Shown here in pieces: positions 61,422 through 64,000 of a DNA stretch of 64,000 nt. A program made the position numbers and the translations under genes. The notes below the pieces were generated by a model, which was not told where the DNA came from, did not search any database, and worked only from the letters and a program-made list of their open reading frames with translations. Source of the DNA: Asterias rubens (taxonomy: Eukaryota); assembly GCF_902459465.1 (NCBI RefSeq), contig NC_047064.1, positions 20,336,001 through 20,400,000 of the forward strand. Direction: 5' to 3'. Position 1 is the first letter of the stretch. Each line of letters opens with the position of its first letter.

Positions 61422-61612
61422 TTAAAGCCATTAGACACTTTCGGAACAGAAAAAAAAAATAAAAGTTCACAGATTTACGAACAACTTACAGGGTTTACAA
61501 AAGGTAATGGTGAAAGACTTGTCTTGAAATATTATTCCATGAAATGCTTTACTTTTTGAGAAACATTAAAACAATATCAATTCCCGATATCGAGAATTAC
61601 GGATTTATTTTA
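61422..61612. mobile_element. TTAA MITE family D, half copy in reverse orientation
   Basis: TTAA-AGCCATTAGACACTTTCGG. Homology ends just past the central palindrome. Confidence 0.8.
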
Positions 61613-62365
61613 AGTGTTGAGTACACAACCATGGAGGCGAGTAACAAGTTTGTAACGGGGAATGTACACAGTATGTGAAGTCTGTACACCTCTTGAAAGC
61701 TTGGATACCTGCCTACTCGTTGTACAAACCAGTTTGCTGTGTAATTGTAAAATGATTGAATCGTTACAACTGATAATGGTTGCCTGTCGCCATCAGCCAA
61801 GTAGGTTCTGATGTATGTCACTGGTTAGGGATTAATTTACATGTACCCTCTCTATAACATGTGTACATAGTAGCTCAATGACACAGTGTTAATGCATTGC
61901 TGACTGTTCTGTCATTGTGTGGTAATCTGATCATGTGTGATCGGTTACATGTTGTTTGCAGTTTGGTTGTTGAGCTTTCTCAACTGAGTTGTTGTTTTTC
62001 CTGTGACTCATTTATTTGTCGTTGAACAATCACAAATAATCTTTTCTGTGAAAGGGGTTGTCTGATGTAAACGGATTTTCGCTGAATATTTATGTTTTTT
62101 ACTTTTACGTCTTTGATTGCTGTTTTTATTTTTTATTTTTTGTATGGCAATTATTTGTTTTATCCCTGCTTATCAGCACCATATCCAAGCTGGCCCCACA
62201 GAAACACTAATAAGTTCATAACTCAAATTTTGTATTCCAATATTTTTTTTCTTTTTTCTTTTTAAAGTTAACGGGGAACATTTTCAATCATCTAAGAAAA
62301 TTTGTTGAGCTGTGTGAACACTTGATACCAATGCCTCTGTTTTTAAGCCCCTAGGGTTTATACTG

Positions 62366-62396
<31 letters not shown>

Positions 62397-62467
62397 CAGC
62401 CTTATGAGATGCAATATTGAAGATGAAGAATGATTTTTATATGCAGAGCCTCAGAAGACAAAATAGC

Positions 62468-62854
62468 TTAAAGAAGATGGACACTATTGGTAATTACTCA
62501 AAATAATTATTAGCATAAAACTTTACTTGGTGACGAATATGGGGAGAGGTTGATGGTATAAAATATTGTCAGAAAGGGCTCCCTCTGAAGTGACAAAGTT
62601 TTCGAGAAAGAAGTATTTTTCCACGAATTTGATTTTGAGACCTCAGATTAAAAATTTGAGGTCTCAAAATCAACCATCTAAAAGCACACAACGTCGTTTG
62701 ACAAGGGTTTTTTTTTTCTTTCATTATTATCTCGCAACTTTGACGATCAATTAAGCTAATTTTTTCACAGGTTGGTTGTTTAATGTATATGTAGAGATAC
62801 AGCAAGTGAGAAGACTGGTCTTTGACAATTACCAATAGTGTCCAGTGTCTTTAA
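62468..62854. mobile_element. Kolobok/T2-like MITE family A
   Basis: TTAA flanks; interior homologous to the other copies. Confidence 0.85.
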
Positions 62855-63120
62855 AGAAGATGTAAAAACATGTTGATCAGTGCAAACAACGCATTTTTCT
62901 TTTGGCTGTCGGCAACAGATACCCTGCAAATGAGCTCTGTAATTTGATGTCATTAACCTCGCAGTGTTGCGAGGCATGCTGCCTTATACCCTTTGCATAA
63001 ACTTTAAAGAAGGATAACCAAAATATTTTTCTGTTTTGCACATTTGAACATAAAAATCTTCTCAAAACCCCTGACCAAAATAAAATCATCAAATTGTTTT
63101 TTTTGTTTCCTGGTGCAGTA

Positions 63121-63568
63121 TTAAAGGAATACGTTGGCTTGGATCAATCGAGTGGAAAATTACTTCTTTCTCGAAAACTACGTCACTTTAAAGGGAGCTG
63201 TTTATCACAATGTTTTATACTATCAATGTCTCCCCATTACTCGGTATCAAGAAAGGTTTTATGAGAATAATTAGATAAGAACTTTATTATCCCACACTGG
63301 GGAAATTTAAACTGGCCATGATTCAAACAGTACAGACAAAAACGCTTAAAATTATTTAACAACAAACAGATCGATAAAAATATTAATTAATTAAGAATAT
63401 CAGGTAGAAAAAAAAAGGAATCTAGCATGGATTAAAAATTATGCCCAGCAATATTTATATACAAGGTAAAATGTACACAAGAGAAGTCCTTAAAACCGAC
63501 AACGACACTTTAATGTCAAGAGCTTAATAAAATTATTTTGAGTAACTACCAGTGTCCACTGCCTTTAA
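63121..63568. mobile_element. Chimeric TTAA MITE (family-B left end, family-A right part) interrupted by a retroelement tail
   Basis: TTAA-AGGAATACGTTGGCTTGGATC (family B) is fused at cgagtgg to family-A gtggaaaattacttc.... It ends gtgtccactgcct-TTAA. Confidence 0.7.
63272..63522 (-). mobile_element. 5'-truncated non-LTR retrotransposon 3' end
   Basis: The minus strand ends AATTTCCCCAGTGTGGGATAATAAAGTTCTTATCT, a hairpin plus AATAAA plus short-repeat tail recalled from Rex-Babar-type LINEs. It splits the MITE at an imperfect aataatta duplication. Confidence 0.5.
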
Positions 63569-64000
63569 GCTGCAGTTTTCGATGCCTAATAAATTATTTT
63601 AAACCCCTTTTTGAGGGCACACTTTAAAATAACTATTCCTTGCAACAATTAAATTATGGTCATCATTTTTTCCCAAAGCTTTCTGTTTCATGGACAAGTT
63701 TTAAGATGAGAGTGATTCGCTGCAAATGCAGTTTTAATCTTTGCTCCCTTGCTTCACACCCTGGTCAGTTCCATCATCAATTAATCTAGTCATCCTTCCA
63801 AGCAAAGTGACAAAGTGACAGGCCAAACCCCGTTGGCAAACATGGCACTCGTTAAGTACAGTGCCCACAGATATTTATAAGTTACTAATAATGCCTAATG
63901 CCTGTAGCCTACATCACCTGAATCCGGTGGAAATGTTATGTTAAGCTCTTTACATTAAAGTGTTAATTAGTTTTTGGGGAGAGAGTAAATTTATTCCCGG

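Overview
This is eukaryotic, AT-rich, repeat-dense genomic DNA. An echinoderm such as a sea star is my inference from the repeat types, not something verified. There are no prokaryotic features and no CRISPR array. The only gene I can recognise is an ENTREP/FAM189-family (CD20-like tetraspan) gene on the + strand. Two in-frame coding exons are visible (5609-5665 and 49881-50216), separated by a 44,215-nt phase-0 intron. Its other exons were not found in the window, so most or all of the window is probably intronic. The most striking structure is a 32-unit head-to-tail array (about 295-2735) of a 73/78/79-bp tRNA-Glu-like SINE head. It carries Pol III A and B boxes on the minus strand and no internal TTTT terminator. 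A second, longer-period array (174-178 bp x4, about 23910-24590) is built on a related head. The rest is a mosaic of non-autonomous elements: four TTAA-flanked Kolobok/T2-like MITE families (13 copies or fragments of the main one), hAT-, Harbinger- and AcademH/MULE-like MITEs, tRNA-derived SINEs (one with a Deu-domain-like core), LINE and Penelope remnants, and several nested insertions. An unverified, low-confidence chain of micro-exons suggests a possible nested antisense transcript at about 8200-19500.
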